From: Hormoscilla sp.
GTDB lineage: Bacteria; Cyanobacteriota; Cyanobacteriia; Cyanobacteriales; Desertifilaceae
Reading direction: 5' to 3'
DNA: 60,544 nucleotides
NCBI GenBank assembly: GCA_051439505.1
Contig: JBFRWI010000144.1
Span: 1 to 60,544, forward strand
Part shown: piece after piece, positions 27,033 to 37,144 of the stretch
Layout: every line of letters starts with the position of its first letter
Position numbering within the stretch: position 1 is the stretch's first letter
Notes under the pieces: model-generated
Database searches by the model: none
What the model was told of the DNA's origin: nothing
What the model saw: the letters and a program-made list of their open reading frames with translations, nothing else
Made by a program: the position numbers and the translations under genes

Positions 27033-28208
27033 CTATTGACGGCCAGTCTGCATTGCCCGTGCCAGTTCTGCTGCCACTTCTGGGCGCGAGAACTCCGGTG
27101 GTGGCAACTCGCCCCGGCGCAGCATCTCCCGCACCTTTGTTCCTGACAGGTGAATTCGTTGTTCTTTTGTACTCGGACTTGTCTTGCTAGTCGCCATGGT
27201 CTGGGTGAGCGTGCAATAGAAAGCATGTTCAAATTTCATCGGCACAATGCCCAGTTCCCCTGGCTGAAAGTCATCAAAGATATATTGGGCGTCATAGGTG
27301 CCATAGTAATCTCCTACCCCAGCATGATCCCGTCCAACTATGAAGTGAGTGCAGCCATAGTTTTTTCGTACTAAGGCGTGGAAAATTGCCTCTCGCGGTC
27401 CTGCATAGCGCATGGCGGCTGGGTTGATTGCCAAAATCACCCGGTCTTTGGGATAATATTTCTCCAAGATGATTTCATAGCAGCGCATCCGCACGTCGGC
27501 AGGAATGTCATCGCTTTTTGTGGCCCCGACCAGGGGATGCAGCAAGAGACCATCTACAGTCTCTAGAGCGCATTTCTGGATGTATTCATGCGCTCTGTGG
27601 ATGGGGTTGCGGGTTTGGAAGCCGACTACCGTGTTCCAGCCTTTATCTTGGAACTGGGCCCGGGTGTCAGCCGGATCGATCTGGTATTTGGGAAACTGGG
27701 GGTGGGGGTCCCGTTCCAGCAACCATATCGGTCCCGCCAGATTAATCGGACCTGAGTCGTAGACTACTTTTACCCCTGGGTGTTTGCTCTCATCTGTGCC
27801 ATAGACATTGGTGACCTCGTGGGCTTTGTTGTAGCGGTATTTCTGAGTCAGCTCCAAAATGCCGACGAATTTTCCCGTTGGATCGTCTAGACGCACCCAG
27901 TTGCCTTCTTTGAGAGGTTCGGCCACCTCCTCCGTGACTGAAAGGGTGATGGGAATTGACCAAGGCAGGCCATTGGCCAGTCGCATAGATTCTACTACTG
28001 GTTCGTAGTCTGCCTGCTCCATGAAGCCCGTCAGAGGACTAAAGCCGCCGATCGCGATCATCACCAAGTCCGAGTGTGCCCGTTCGTCTAGCTGGACTCT
28101 AGGTAATTTTTCTGCTTGGCCAAGAAATTCTTCTTTTTCAGAGGCTGTGGCGATCCGATTGACCAGTTGACCGCCGTGGGCTGCTATTCCTTCTGGATTT
28201 TTATTCAA
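27033..28208 (-). CDS. sat: Sulfate adenylyltransferase
   Basis: [39 protein letters not shown] and LSGTKVR motifs. Confidence 0.98.
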   Translation of the reverse strand: MNKNPEGIAAHGGQLVNRIATASEKEEFLGQAEKLPRVQLDERAHSDLVMIAIGGFSPLTGFMEQADYEPVVESMRLANGLPWSIPITLSVTEEVAEPLKEGNWVRLDDPTGKFVGILELTQKYRYNKAHEVTNVYGTDESKHPGVKVVYDSGPINLAGPIWLLERDPHPQFPKYQIDPADTRAQFQDKGWNTVVGFQTRNPIHRAHEYIQKCALETVDGLLLHPLVGATKSDDIPADVRMRCYEIILEKYYPKDRVILAINPAAMRYAGPREAIFHALVRKNYGCTHFIVGRDHAGVGDYYGTYDAQYIFDDFQPGELGIVPMKFEHAFYCTLTQTMATSKTSPSTKEQRIHLSGTKVREMLRRGELPPPEFSRPEVAAELARAMQTGRQ

Positions 28209-28312
28209 AATTATCCCCTTTGTTCTCTTTGCTCTAGTTTTGCTTTTAGGTCATACCTCGCACATTTGTCAAGGATCGCCCTCGTCACCGAAGGGCCGCG
28301 CGGGCAGTCTGG

Positions 28313-28735
28313 TTACTCGGTGGCGCGGGACAGATGTGAAGCTTGAATGCAACCGCCCAACCAAAGTTCTTCTCCAGCGGGAGCATAACTTGCCCAAACG
28401 TTTCCTTTGTCCTTGCTATGATATAAGCTAGTAATTCTAGCTTTTGTCGCAAACCCCATCACCTCAACATTCACCAGATCTCCTGGACGGAATTGTTCGC
28501 CGTCGGAATTGCTTGCCACCGAAACTATTTTCAGTTCCAAGTTCTTTTGCGGCTTTTCCGATTTTCGCTGCGGTCGCGACTTCGGTCTGATAGGTTTGGC
28601 GATCGGAGTTGTCGGTCGAGATGGGGGCGCGGCAAGCTTCTTCTGGTCGGCGCTGGGGGCCAGTTTCGTCGCCGCGTCGGCTTTTTCATCCGGTTGGGGC
28701 GCTCTTGTGGGCTTTTTTAAACCAACTATTTCCAT
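28313..28735 (-). CDS. Hypothetical protein with Pro/Lys-rich N-terminus and small beta-rich (SH3/KOW-like) C-terminus
   Basis: 140-aa ORF co-oriented with sat; FRPGDLVNVE...ARITSLY pattern. Confidence 0.5.
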   Translation of the reverse strand: MEIVGLKKPTRAPQPDEKADAATKLAPSADQKKLAAPPSRPTTPIAKPIRPKSRPQRKSEKPQKNLELKIVSVASNSDGEQFRPGDLVNVEVMGFATKARITSLYHSKDKGNVWASYAPAGEELWLGGCIQASHLSRATE

Positions 28736-28953
28736 GATTGTGCGATCCTAAATCCTGACTGGAAAAAGCTGGAGACCAATGCATCCTGACCTTGGATATC
28801 TCCAGCCTCCTCTATTTTAACAGCCTGAGACCGGGCAGATCCGCCTGAAATTCTACCCGTACCCGAATCAGCCCTGGTTGAGCTTATTCTCACTGGGGCT
28901 AGCCTGGTAAGGATCTCGCACCAGTCAAAAATCACTATTTACGAACAGAGAAG

Positions 28954-30228
28954 ATGAAGCTACTTTGCTTGAGTAACGGACATGGAGAAGATGCGATCGC
29001 CACCCGCATCCTGGGCCAACTAAAATCATTCACCGAACCTCTGGAATTAGCGGCCCTGCCCTTGGTAGGTTCGGGAGTTGCTTACAAGGAACTGGGGATC
29101 CCGATAATTGGTCCGGTAAGGCAGATGCCTTCTGGCGGTTTTATCTATATGGATGGGCGTCAGCTGTGGCGGGATCTCGACAGTGGCTTACTGGACCTGA
29201 CGCTGGCCCAGTTGCAAGCAGTACGCCGTTGGGTACGGGGTTCCCCCAGGACATGTAAAGTTCTGGCAGTGGGGGATATTGTACCGCTGTTGTTTGCCTG
29301 GTGGAGCGGTGCCAAGTATGCTTTTGTGGGCACGGCCAAGTCGGAATATTTCCTGCGGGATGAAGTCGGGGTGCTACCAGGATATGAATGGGAGGCTTGG
29401 TCCGGTTCTGTTTATCTACCTTGGGAACGCTGCTTGATGAGTAACCGCCGCTGTCAGGCAGTTTTTCCCAGAGATTCCCTGACAGCCGCTAGATTAACAG
29501 GGGGGAAAATACCGGTTTTCGATCTGGGGAACCCGATGATGGATGATTTACAGCCCCAACAGCCAATGGCCGATCGCCCTCTTGAGGAAAAATGGGAAGG
29601 GGACCGCAAGCTAAAAATTCTGCTGCTGCCGGGTTCGAGAGTACCGGAGGCTTACGAAAATTGGCAGTTGCTGCTGCAGACGGCGGTTTGTATCCTCGGG
29701 AAGAGGCGTTCAAAGGTGATATTGGCAGGGGCGATCGCGCCTTTATTAAATGTGGAGAGGATGGGTGAAATAGCAGAATCAGCAGGCTGGCTTCCCCGTC
29801 CCGATGAAAACCAATTATACGATCGGCTCAATCCCACCATGACCTACATCCAGAAACGTGGGACATTGGTACTGACCGCAAAGGGTTATAATCAATGCTT
29901 GCACTGGGCAGATGTGGCGATCGCCATGGCGGGAACGGCCACAGAACAGTTTGCGGGCTTGGGAAAACCGGCGATCGCGATTCCCGGAGGAGGCCCCCAG
30001 TTCACCCCAGCTTTTGCCGAAGCCCAGTCTCGCCTGTTAGGACCTTCTCTGGTGCTGGTGCAGCAGCCAGGTCATGTTGCTGATATCCTGGAAAAGCTGT
30101 TGCGCGACCCCGACTGGCTACAGCAGATCTATGAAAATGGTCGGCGGCGAATGGGAAAACCAGGGGCGGCTCGGCGGATCGCAAAAAACTTGACAAAAAT
30201 CTGGTATAATACTCTAAACATTTCTTGA
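28954..30228 (+). CDS. Lipid-A-disaccharide synthase-related GT-B protein
   Basis: LSNGHGED, MPSGGF, FVGTAKS, GNPMMD, LLPGSR.PEA and MAGTATEQ..GLGKP motifs. Confidence 0.88.
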   Translation: MKLLCLSNGHGEDAIATRILGQLKSFTEPLELAALPLVGSGVAYKELGIPIIGPVRQMPSGGFIYMDGRQLWRDLDSGLLDLTLAQLQAVRRWVRGSPRTCKVLAVGDIVPLLFAWWSGAKYAFVGTAKSEYFLRDEVGVLPGYEWEAWSGSVYLPWERCLMSNRRCQAVFPRDSLTAARLTGGKIPVFDLGNPMMDDLQPQQPMADRPLEEKWEGDRKLKILLLPGSRVPEAYENWQLLLQTAVCILGKRRSKVILAGAIAPLLNVERMGEIAESAGWLPRPDENQLYDRLNPTMTYIQKRGTLVLTAKGYNQCLHWADVAIAMAGTATEQFAGLGKPAIAIPGGGPQFTPAFAEAQSRLLGPSLVLVQQPGHVADILEKLLRDPDWLQQIYENGRRRMGKPGAARRIAKNLTKIWYNTLNIS

Positions 30229-30537
30229 AAGCTTTACGGGACAAGCGTTTAAGACCTGTAGAAATAAGATGAGGTTCAAGGTCTGGTCGAAATTGCCGAA
30301 GTCAAGATCTTTTTCGATCTTGAAAGCCTCATTCCTGGCGATCGCTCTATTTTTAGGGGTGTCGGCCAAGCCAAGGGATATATACTGTAACTTTGACTCT
30401 CATGAGGTTGCTTTCCCTTGTTTTTCACATTTCACATTTAAAGTCAAAAATAGTTCAGTTTTCATCCTCACGCCTTCACCGGTTCGGGATGAAAAATCTG
30501 TCATTACGTGGTAAAACTGAAAATGCAAGGTAAAACA

Positions 30538-30762
30538 ATGAAATATATAGACGAACTAGGCAGCATCTTTACGAGATCCCACGACTCTAGAGTGCTCAAT
30601 CTCAAAGATCAGTATACCCTCAGAGCAATAATGAAAGGGGAGCCCTCAGAAGAAGAGCTGAGAATAATCAACCGGCTCATGCATGCGGTACGCCGAAACT
30701 GGATCGAAATGTCAGAGAATGTTAACGGTAGCACCGGCGATCAATCTCTCATGGGTATATAA
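30538..30762 (+). CDS. Small helical protein, member of the ~67-aa family (start could be 30523)
   Basis: PSEEELRIINRLMHAVRRNWIEM matches the family consensus. Confidence 0.7.
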   Translation: MKYIDELGSIFTRSHDSRVLNLKDQYTLRAIMKGEPSEEELRIINRLMHAVRRNWIEMSENVNGSTGDQSLMGI

Positions 30763-31083
30763 CAGGGTAGTGCGTCATAAGTGGTAATTTTAGCAGCAGA
30801 AACCCTGAGTGGACCGTAATTAAATCAGCAGATATTGACCGTTACCCTCATCCACTGAAACCCCTGAGGCGAAATTGACAACTGCTCTTTGAAATCGTAT
30901 AAGATCCATAATTGTACTAGCAACAATAATCCAGCAACGATCGCAAACTGAGACTTTGGCCTTCGGTCTAGCGATCGCTAGCTGAATGTAATTGTAACTG
31001 GCTATTTATGATTCCAGGTCGGTTCGAGTCCGATCTTCGGCTTTTGAACCTGACTTCCAAGATATTCTCTTTCTTTCCCTGAT

Positions 31084-31764
31084 TTGCGAATTTTGCTGGT
31101 GGATGACGAAGTTGAGTTGACCGACCCCCTGAGTCGGGTGCTGACTCGCGAGGGTTACAATGTTGATGTGGCCTATGATGGCACGGCAGGCCGCGATTTA
31201 GCTTCACGATCGGATTATCACTTGTTGATCTTAGATTGGATGCTGCCCGGCCGATCGGGCTTAGAGATTTGCCAGGCGATCCGTCAGCGTTCTGACAGTA
31301 CGCCCGTTCTGTTCCTGACTGCGAAAGATACATTGGACGATCGGGTAGCGGGACTGGACGCTGGGGCCGATGACTATCTAGTAAAACCCTTTGAACTGCG
31401 AGAGTTACTGGCAAGGGTGCGGGCCTTATTGCGCAGGGCCCATGGCCCGACAAATGCAACTGCCAGGTTGCGCGTAGATGATTTGGAACTGGACTGCGAT
31501 AACCTGCTGGCCGATCGGGCGGGAAGACTTATTTCCCTTTCTGAAAAAGAATGCCTGTTACTAGAATATTTTATGCGACATTCCGGTCAATTGCTGACCC
31601 ACGAGCAAATCTATCAACATTTGTGGCCTTGCGAAGGCGATCGACCCAGTAGCAACGTTTTAGCAGCACAAATTCGCCTGCTGCGACGTAAAATAGAATT
31701 ATCTGGAGAAACGCGCTTAATTCACGCCGTCTATGGTAAAGGTTATCGCTTTGGAAGTTCCTAG
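31084..31764 (+). CDS. OmpR-family response regulator (RppA/NrsR-like)
   Basis: [29 protein letters not shown]; the winged helix has SNVLAAQIRLLRRK; TTG start. Confidence 0.9.
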   Translation: MRILLVDDEVELTDPLSRVLTREGYNVDVAYDGTAGRDLASRSDYHLLILDWMLPGRSGLEICQAIRQRSDSTPVLFLTAKDTLDDRVAGLDAGADDYLVKPFELRELLARVRALLRRAHGPTNATARLRVDDLELDCDNLLADRAGRLISLSEKECLLLEYFMRHSGQLLTHEQIYQHLWPCEGDRPSSNVLAAQIRLLRRKIELSGETRLIHAVYGKGYRFGSS

Positions 31765-31962
31765 GTTCCTATTAAGGTTCGTAGTAAGGACTTTAGTCCT
31801 TTCTCGGGGGAAGGAAGCACTAAGCAATTCAAAATTCAAAATTCATAATTCAAAATTGGGAAAATATTTGATCGCAAGGGTTTCAGCATTTGGATCCATG
31901 CAATTTAAATGCGCGACAGCTTAAAGTGCTTACTACAAACCTTGGAAGCACTAAAGTGCTTA

Positions 31963-32085
31963 CTACGAACTTTCCCCTTTGAGGATATCAACATCTATCC
32001 GTTCAAAAGGAATATCCAGTTGAGTTAGCAGCAGACGAATCTTGTAGCAATTTCCCGAATCTCCAAAGTCGTACAATCTTAGCAT
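31963..32085 (-). pseudogene. Truncated glutathione S-transferase (N-terminal 40 aa only)
   Basis: MLRLYDFGDSGNCYKIRLLLTQLDIPFERIDVDILKGESS*. The stop is supplied by a GTAGTAAGCACTTTAGTGC palindromic repeat cluster (~31780-31970). Confidence 0.75.
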
Positions 32086-32151
32086 GTTCGTGAATGTAAT
32101 CTAGGACATGAAACTATAGCTTATTTTAACCCCATTCGCCAATGTCGCATC

Positions 32152-32991
32152 TTAATGCCTCCGAACTAGAGTAATTATCGTCACCTCTGGAGGACAAAAC
32201 AACCGACCGGGAAAGTAAGTGCCCAAACCTCGATTAACATAGAGATAGTTTGATCCCACCTGATGAAAACCTTCTGCCCATTCCCAATGCTCAATTTCCC
32301 GATGAAAGTGACGTTGCAGAAATTCTGGTATAAAAGCTAAGATGGGTTTGAAAAGGATGTCGCGAATTAGATCCACCCATGCTGCCAAAGGACCCTGTTC
32401 GGGAATTACGATCTGACCTCCGTGAGTATGTCCTGATAGTTGCAGATCTACTCGCCATTGTCGCAGCACTTGGGCAGTATCTGGCTGATGAGATAGTACG
32501 ATCCGGGGAATATCGGTAGCTATTTTATCCATTACGGGACTAGGATTAAATTCCCGAGACCGAAAGTCAGCTAGTCCGACTAGGGCTATTTCCGGTCCTA
32601 AAGGATAAGCTACTTCGTTCCACAGGACTTTGATGCCAATTTCTGTTAAAGCTGCTGTTACTTCTGGTTTAGTTTCCGGATGATAAATGTCATGGTTGCC
32701 TAAGATCGCATAGATCCCGGCATGACTTTGCAACTGCTGGAGATGCTTGACCAGTTCGTGAATGGGGTCTGGTTCGTAGTTCACGAAGTCTCCTGTTAAC
32801 AATACTAGGTCAGGTTCCGCTTCATTGGCAAGGGCGATCGCCCGTTCCAGCAGTGCGATCGGCAACTGATAGGGACCGTAATGAAAATCCGACATTTGCA
32901 CCAATTTAGTACCTTGGAGGGCAGTTGGCAAACCAGCAATCTCTACAGTCAATGTTTCTACGCTTAACGGTTCCGATAGTATGGTAAACAT
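32152..32991 (-). CDS. Calcineurin-like metallophosphoesterase (YkuE/YaeI-like), copy 1
   Basis: SDFH, LTGDFV, LGNHD, LSHQPD, LSGHTHGGQ and YVNRGLG motifs; start moved to ATG 32991. Confidence 0.9.
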   Translation of the reverse strand: MFTILSEPLSVETLTVEIAGLPTALQGTKLVQMSDFHYGPYQLPIALLERAIALANEAEPDLVLLTGDFVNYEPDPIHELVKHLQQLQSHAGIYAILGNHDIYHPETKPEVTAALTEIGIKVLWNEVAYPLGPEIALVGLADFRSREFNPSPVMDKIATDIPRIVLSHQPDTAQVLRQWRVDLQLSGHTHGGQIVIPEQGPLAAWVDLIRDILFKPILAFIPEFLQRHFHREIEHWEWAEGFHQVGSNYLYVNRGLGTYFPGRLFCPPEVTIITLVRRH

Positions 32992-33017
32992 GGTGTCTGT
33001 CGTTAAAATATGCGCCT

Positions 33018-33824
33018 CTAAACTAGAGTAATTATTGTCACCTCTGGAGGACAAAATAACCGACCGGGCCAGTAAGTACCTAAACCGCGATTAACATAGA
33101 GATAATTTTCTCCCACCTGATGAAACCCCCGTGCCCATTCCCAATGCTTAACTACCCGATCACAGTTTCGTTTCAAATATGGTACAAAAGGATGTAAAGG
33201 TTTAGGAATAGTCCGACGCAGGGTATCCAACCATGCAGGCAAAGGACCAATTTTCGGAAGCCATATCTGACCGCCATGAGTATGTCCTGATAATTGCAGA
33301 TCGACTCGCCATTTGCGCAGCACTTGGGCGCTATCTGGCTGATGTGATAGCACAATGCGGGGCAGATCGGTAGCTAACTTTTCCATCACCGGGGCCGGGT
33401 TAAATTCCCGAGACCAAAAGTCCGGCATTCCTACTATAGCTAATTGGGATCCTAAAGGATAAGCCACTTCGTTCCACAAGACTTTGATGCCTATTTTCCT
33501 TAAAGCTGCCATGACTTCTGGTTTTGTTTCGGGATAATACATGTCATGGTTGCCCAAGACAGCATAGATCCCGGCACGACTTTGCAACTGCTTCAGATGC
33601 TTGACCAGTTCGTGAATGGGGTCGGGTTCATAGGTGACGAAGTCTCCTGTTAACAATACTAGGTCAGGTTCCGCTTCATTGGCAAGGGCGATCGCCTTTT
33701 CCAGTCGTTTTGTGGGCAACTGATCGCAATCGTAATGAAAATCAGACATTTGCACCAGTTTAGTGCCTTCCAGGGTAGCTGGCAAACCGGCAATTTCTAC
33801 AGTCAGTGTTTCTAAGGATAACAT
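33018..33824 (-). CDS. Calcineurin-like metallophosphoesterase, copy 2 (tandem paralog)
   Basis: Same motifs and highly similar to copy 1. Start is ATG 33824 or 33872; the upstream extension runs through a REP at ~33888-33957. Confidence 0.9.
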   Translation of the reverse strand: MLSLETLTVEIAGLPATLEGTKLVQMSDFHYDCDQLPTKRLEKAIALANEAEPDLVLLTGDFVTYEPDPIHELVKHLKQLQSRAGIYAVLGNHDMYYPETKPEVMAALRKIGIKVLWNEVAYPLGSQLAIVGMPDFWSREFNPAPVMEKLATDLPRIVLSHQPDSAQVLRKWRVDLQLSGHTHGGQIWLPKIGPLPAWLDTLRRTIPKPLHPFVPYLKRNCDRVVKHWEWARGFHQVGENYLYVNRGLGTYWPGRLFCPPEVTIITLV

Positions 33825-34019
33825 TGGAAAAAGTCGGCTATAATGATGGGGACTTGAGTTAGGTGCTTCCATTATAACGCAATATCTGTAGGGGCGAAGC
33901 ATTTGGGCGACAATATAAGTCATAGATCGACAAATTTACTATCCAAATGCTTCGCCCGCCACCTAGTGATATGCACCCGATTATCCGCATGCTTCCGTGC
34001 TAGCCTTGGCTTGAAGATG

Positions 34020-34691
34020 CTAGCGTAGCACATAGCCCACACCGCGCACCGTTTGAATTAGGCGCTTTTCTTGGTTCGCTTCTAGTTTCAGGCGCAGGTA
34101 GCGGACGTATACTTCAATGATGTTAGAATCTCCCATGAAGTCGTAACCCCAGACCTTATCCAAGATGCGATCGCGGGTGAGAACCTGCCGGGGATGAGCT
34201 ATCATATATTCTAACAGATCGAATTCTTTTGCTGTCAGTTCGATCGATCTGTTGCCCCGATACACTTCCCGCGATCGCCTATCCAATTTCAGATCGTCAT
34301 ATTCCCACATTTGGGGGTCTGGTTCTTGGGTGCGGCGGAGGTGGGCCCGGACTCTGGCCAGCAACTCTTCGATGCTGAAGGGTTTGACTACGTAGTCATC
34401 CGCACCGGCGTCTAATCCCGTCACCCGATCGGTCACTTCATCTTTAGCAGTTAAGATAATCGCGGGCACTTGATTGCCAGTGGTGCGCAGGCGGCGGCAG
34501 ATTTCCACGCCAGTTATTCCCGGCAGCATCCAGTCGAGAATGACTAAATCTGGATTAGCTTCCCGCGCTGCTGTCAGTCCAGCTAAACCATCCTGGGCGA
34601 CTGTGACTTGATAGCCTTCGTAGCCCAGTTCTAACTCGATAAATTTTGCCAATTTGGCTTCATCTTCTACCACTAGGATATGGGATGTCAT
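34020..34691 (-). CDS. OmpR-family response regulator
   Basis: [36 protein letters not shown] and IQTVRGVGY motifs. Confidence 0.95.
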   Translation of the reverse strand: MTSHILVVEDEAKLAKFIELELGYEGYQVTVAQDGLAGLTAAREANPDLVILDWMLPGITGVEICRRLRTTGNQVPAIILTAKDEVTDRVTGLDAGADDYVVKPFSIEELLARVRAHLRRTQEPDPQMWEYDDLKLDRRSREVYRGNRSIELTAKEFDLLEYMIAHPRQVLTRDRILDKVWGYDFMGDSNIIEVYVRYLRLKLEANQEKRLIQTVRGVGYVLR

Positions 34692-34748
34692 GGCCTTAGG
34701 GAATGATTGCTCTGCTACTGTTATAGCATGGTAATATTCTCATGTCAA

Positions 34749-35103
34749 GGGTACAGTGCATAGCAAGCATTTGTGTCGCCGCCGCCCGAACCCTAAAGGG
34801 TCCGGCTACAGTTACAAAGCCCGCCTGCGCGGGCTAAATTACAAAAGTGCAGTGCAATACTTCGTAGGTTTTGAATATAGGTTGTCATTGCGAGGGGGGG
34901 GGTACGTAGCGATTAACTTATGGGAAATAGAGTCAACCCCCCCCCCCGAAGCAATCCCCGCCCTTGATAAGATGAAGAGTGCTTCGGTATCGTCGGGGAG
35001 ATTGCTTCGGGGGATCCTCACGACGATCCCTACAATATCGGTTTAAGCCCCCCCCTCGCAATGACAGGTTATTAACCGAGACGTATTGAAGTGCAGTGTA
35101 CCC
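34749..35103 (+). mobile_element. MITE family B copy carrying a nested family A MITE
   Basis: TIR GGGTACAGTGCA / TGCAGTGTACCC; perfect 8-bp flanking duplication CATGTCAA (34741-34748 and 35104-35111). Confidence 0.8.
34855..35088 (+). mobile_element. MITE family A, copy 2
   Basis: CAATACTTC...ACGTATTG ends; perfect 10-bp duplication AAGTGCAGTG (34845-34854 and 35089-35098). The unoccupied equivalent site is at 56498-56507. Confidence 0.88.
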
Positions 35104-35107
35104 CATG

Positions 35108-35728
35108 TCAAGCACTCGATCGCTGCCAGTTTCCATATTTAGATAGAGGGGGCTGATTGTCAAAATGGTTAATCAGCTTCTGGATATTGTACGGATCTTT
35201 ATGCAAAGTTCCTGCTTCCAGGTAATGACTATTGCCACTGGTGATATTGGCGCTGAGTAGGTTGTGACTGCCGATATAGGCAAATAGGCGATCGCACGTA
35301 ATATACTTGGCATGATTCCCCATCAGTTTCAAGTTCAAGCCCTGAGGATAGCGCGATCGCAATTGGGCCAACCGAGGCAAAGCATTATATTTTCGCTATT
35401 CATCCCCGACCGCATCAATAAAATATTTCCCGGACTCAGAGAATTTGATAATCGTGCCGATATCATAATAATAACCCCAGCCGATATCAATACTGATACC
35501 TCGACGGAGGGCAGTTGAAAATTGGTACAGCAGTTGGTCGGAGATACTTTTGAGACTCAACCAAGGACAAACAATAATTACCCGTTCTCGGGCTGAAGCC
35601 AAGGCTTTTACCAGTAATTTGCGTCCCTCAGAGTGACCGAAGACGAGATCGGAATCAGGATGACTGGCAAGTATATCCATTATCCCAGGAATTTCCAGTT
35701 GGCAAACGCTTTCCGTGCAATCTTTCAT
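35108..35728 (-). pseudogene. Single-HKD phospholipase D-superfamily (nuclease-type) gene with an internal in-frame stop
   Basis: ORFs 35396-35728 and 35108-35380 are in the same frame, split only by TAG at 35396-35398. Motifs IIVCPWL, HAKYITCD (HxKxxxxD) and IGSHN are present. Confidence 0.8.
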
Positions 35729-36112
35729 GGTAGCAACTCCAATGAATTACGTCTATTCAAATCATGGCACGGTGCTTAGGGAGGCGTCTGCCTTATTAAG
35801 ATAGTAGTTATGTCATGATTAAGAATTAATTTTATTATTGCCTTTTGTTGGTCAGATATTGCACCATTGTCAACTAGAGGCCGAGCCTCTATAACTCGTT
35901 CCCAGGCGGAGCCTAGGAACGAGGGGAAAACGAAGGAAAAATACCTTTTATATAAGGTTTTCAGTGGGTTTTAACCCACTTTAGCTGTTAGCCGTGGGTT
36001 TGAACCCACGGCGGGCCAGGAGACTAATCGAGAATGGTGCAATATCATTGGTAATGTGTTAGTAATGTATTGGTTTGGGAACCAGAAGTAGTCAGCAAGT
36101 GAGAACGAGAAG

Positions 36113-37102
36113 ATGCCACCACCGCGAGTACCACAGCTATCTAAACAGGGCATTAAGATTGCCAAAGAAGCTTTGACACGCGAGGGATGGTCTTACGAGA
36201 AATTGGCAGAGAGGATAGCCGAAAAGCATGATTTGACCTTTACGGATCAGGTGGTTAGCCGCTTTCTCAATGGCAAACGAATTGACCGTCATAATTTTCG
36301 CTGGCTTTGCGATGAACTCGGCTTAGAGGTGAGTGAAGTAGCAGAGACCCTGGAGGAACTGGCACCAAATCCGCCGAAACCATCCCATCCCTTCGACTTT
36401 ATCCGAGGTCCGGTCAGCAAGCCAGAGGATTTTTTTGGTCGCACGGAACTCTTACGACAACTGTTCGAGGAACTCGCCAAAGGCAGCAATATTTCATTGC
36501 TTGGACCGGCACGGGTGGGCAAGTCTTCGATCTTGAAGATGATTTGCCATTGGGGACCGGAACGTCTGGGGCTATCTCCCGAACAGTTTATCAACCTGGA
36601 CATGCAATTGATTCGGGATGAAAATGAATTTTTCGAGGCCCTATGCGATGAATTAAAGATTGAGACCTGTCGCAGCCGCAAGTTAGACCGGGCCTTGCGG
36701 GGCCAGCGGTACATCCTCTGTCTGGACGAAATTGACAAGCTGACTCGGGAAGAACATTTCACCGGGGACGAACGGAGAGAGTTACGGGCACTAGCCTATG
36801 GTGCGGACAAGCCCTTCAGCTTAGTCATTGCCAGCCAAAAACCTTTGCAAGACTTGTTCCCCGACTCGTCTGACAGGACATCGCCCCTGGTGGGTATCTG
36901 TCTCACCATGGACGTGCAGCCATTCTCAGGGCGGGAAACGCGGGATTTTCTCAGCCGCCAGTTGCAAGGCACTGGCATCAACTTTACTGAAGATCAGATT
37001 AAGGCATTGCTAAAGGAAACTGAAGGTTATCCAGCACGCCTGCAACGGGCTGCTGCTGACTTGTACCGTCGCCTATCCGGGGGAAACGAGGGGAAATGCT
37101 AA
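36113..37102 (+). CDS. XRE/Cro-like HTH fused to a STAND-type AAA ATPase
   Basis: WSYEKLAERI...VVSRFLNGKRID helix-turn-helix; FFGRTELL, Walker A GPARVGKS, Walker B LCLDEID and GYPARLQ. Confidence 0.85.
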   Translation: MPPPRVPQLSKQGIKIAKEALTREGWSYEKLAERIAEKHDLTFTDQVVSRFLNGKRIDRHNFRWLCDELGLEVSEVAETLEELAPNPPKPSHPFDFIRGPVSKPEDFFGRTELLRQLFEELAKGSNISLLGPARVGKSSILKMICHWGPERLGLSPEQFINLDMQLIRDENEFFEALCDELKIETCRSRKLDRALRGQRYILCLDEIDKLTREEHFTGDERRELRALAYGADKPFSLVIASQKPLQDLFPDSSDRTSPLVGICLTMDVQPFSGRETRDFLSRQLQGTGINFTEDQIKALLKETEGYPARLQRAAADLYRRLSGGNEGKC

Positions 37103-37144
37103 CCTCAAAGTGAAAGCCTGACGCCAAAATCGCAAATCGTACCG

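Noticed and set aside
32152..33824. Tandem metallophosphoesterases as a novel system
   Set aside because: This is a simple recent duplication of a common YkuE-like gene with all metal ligands intact.
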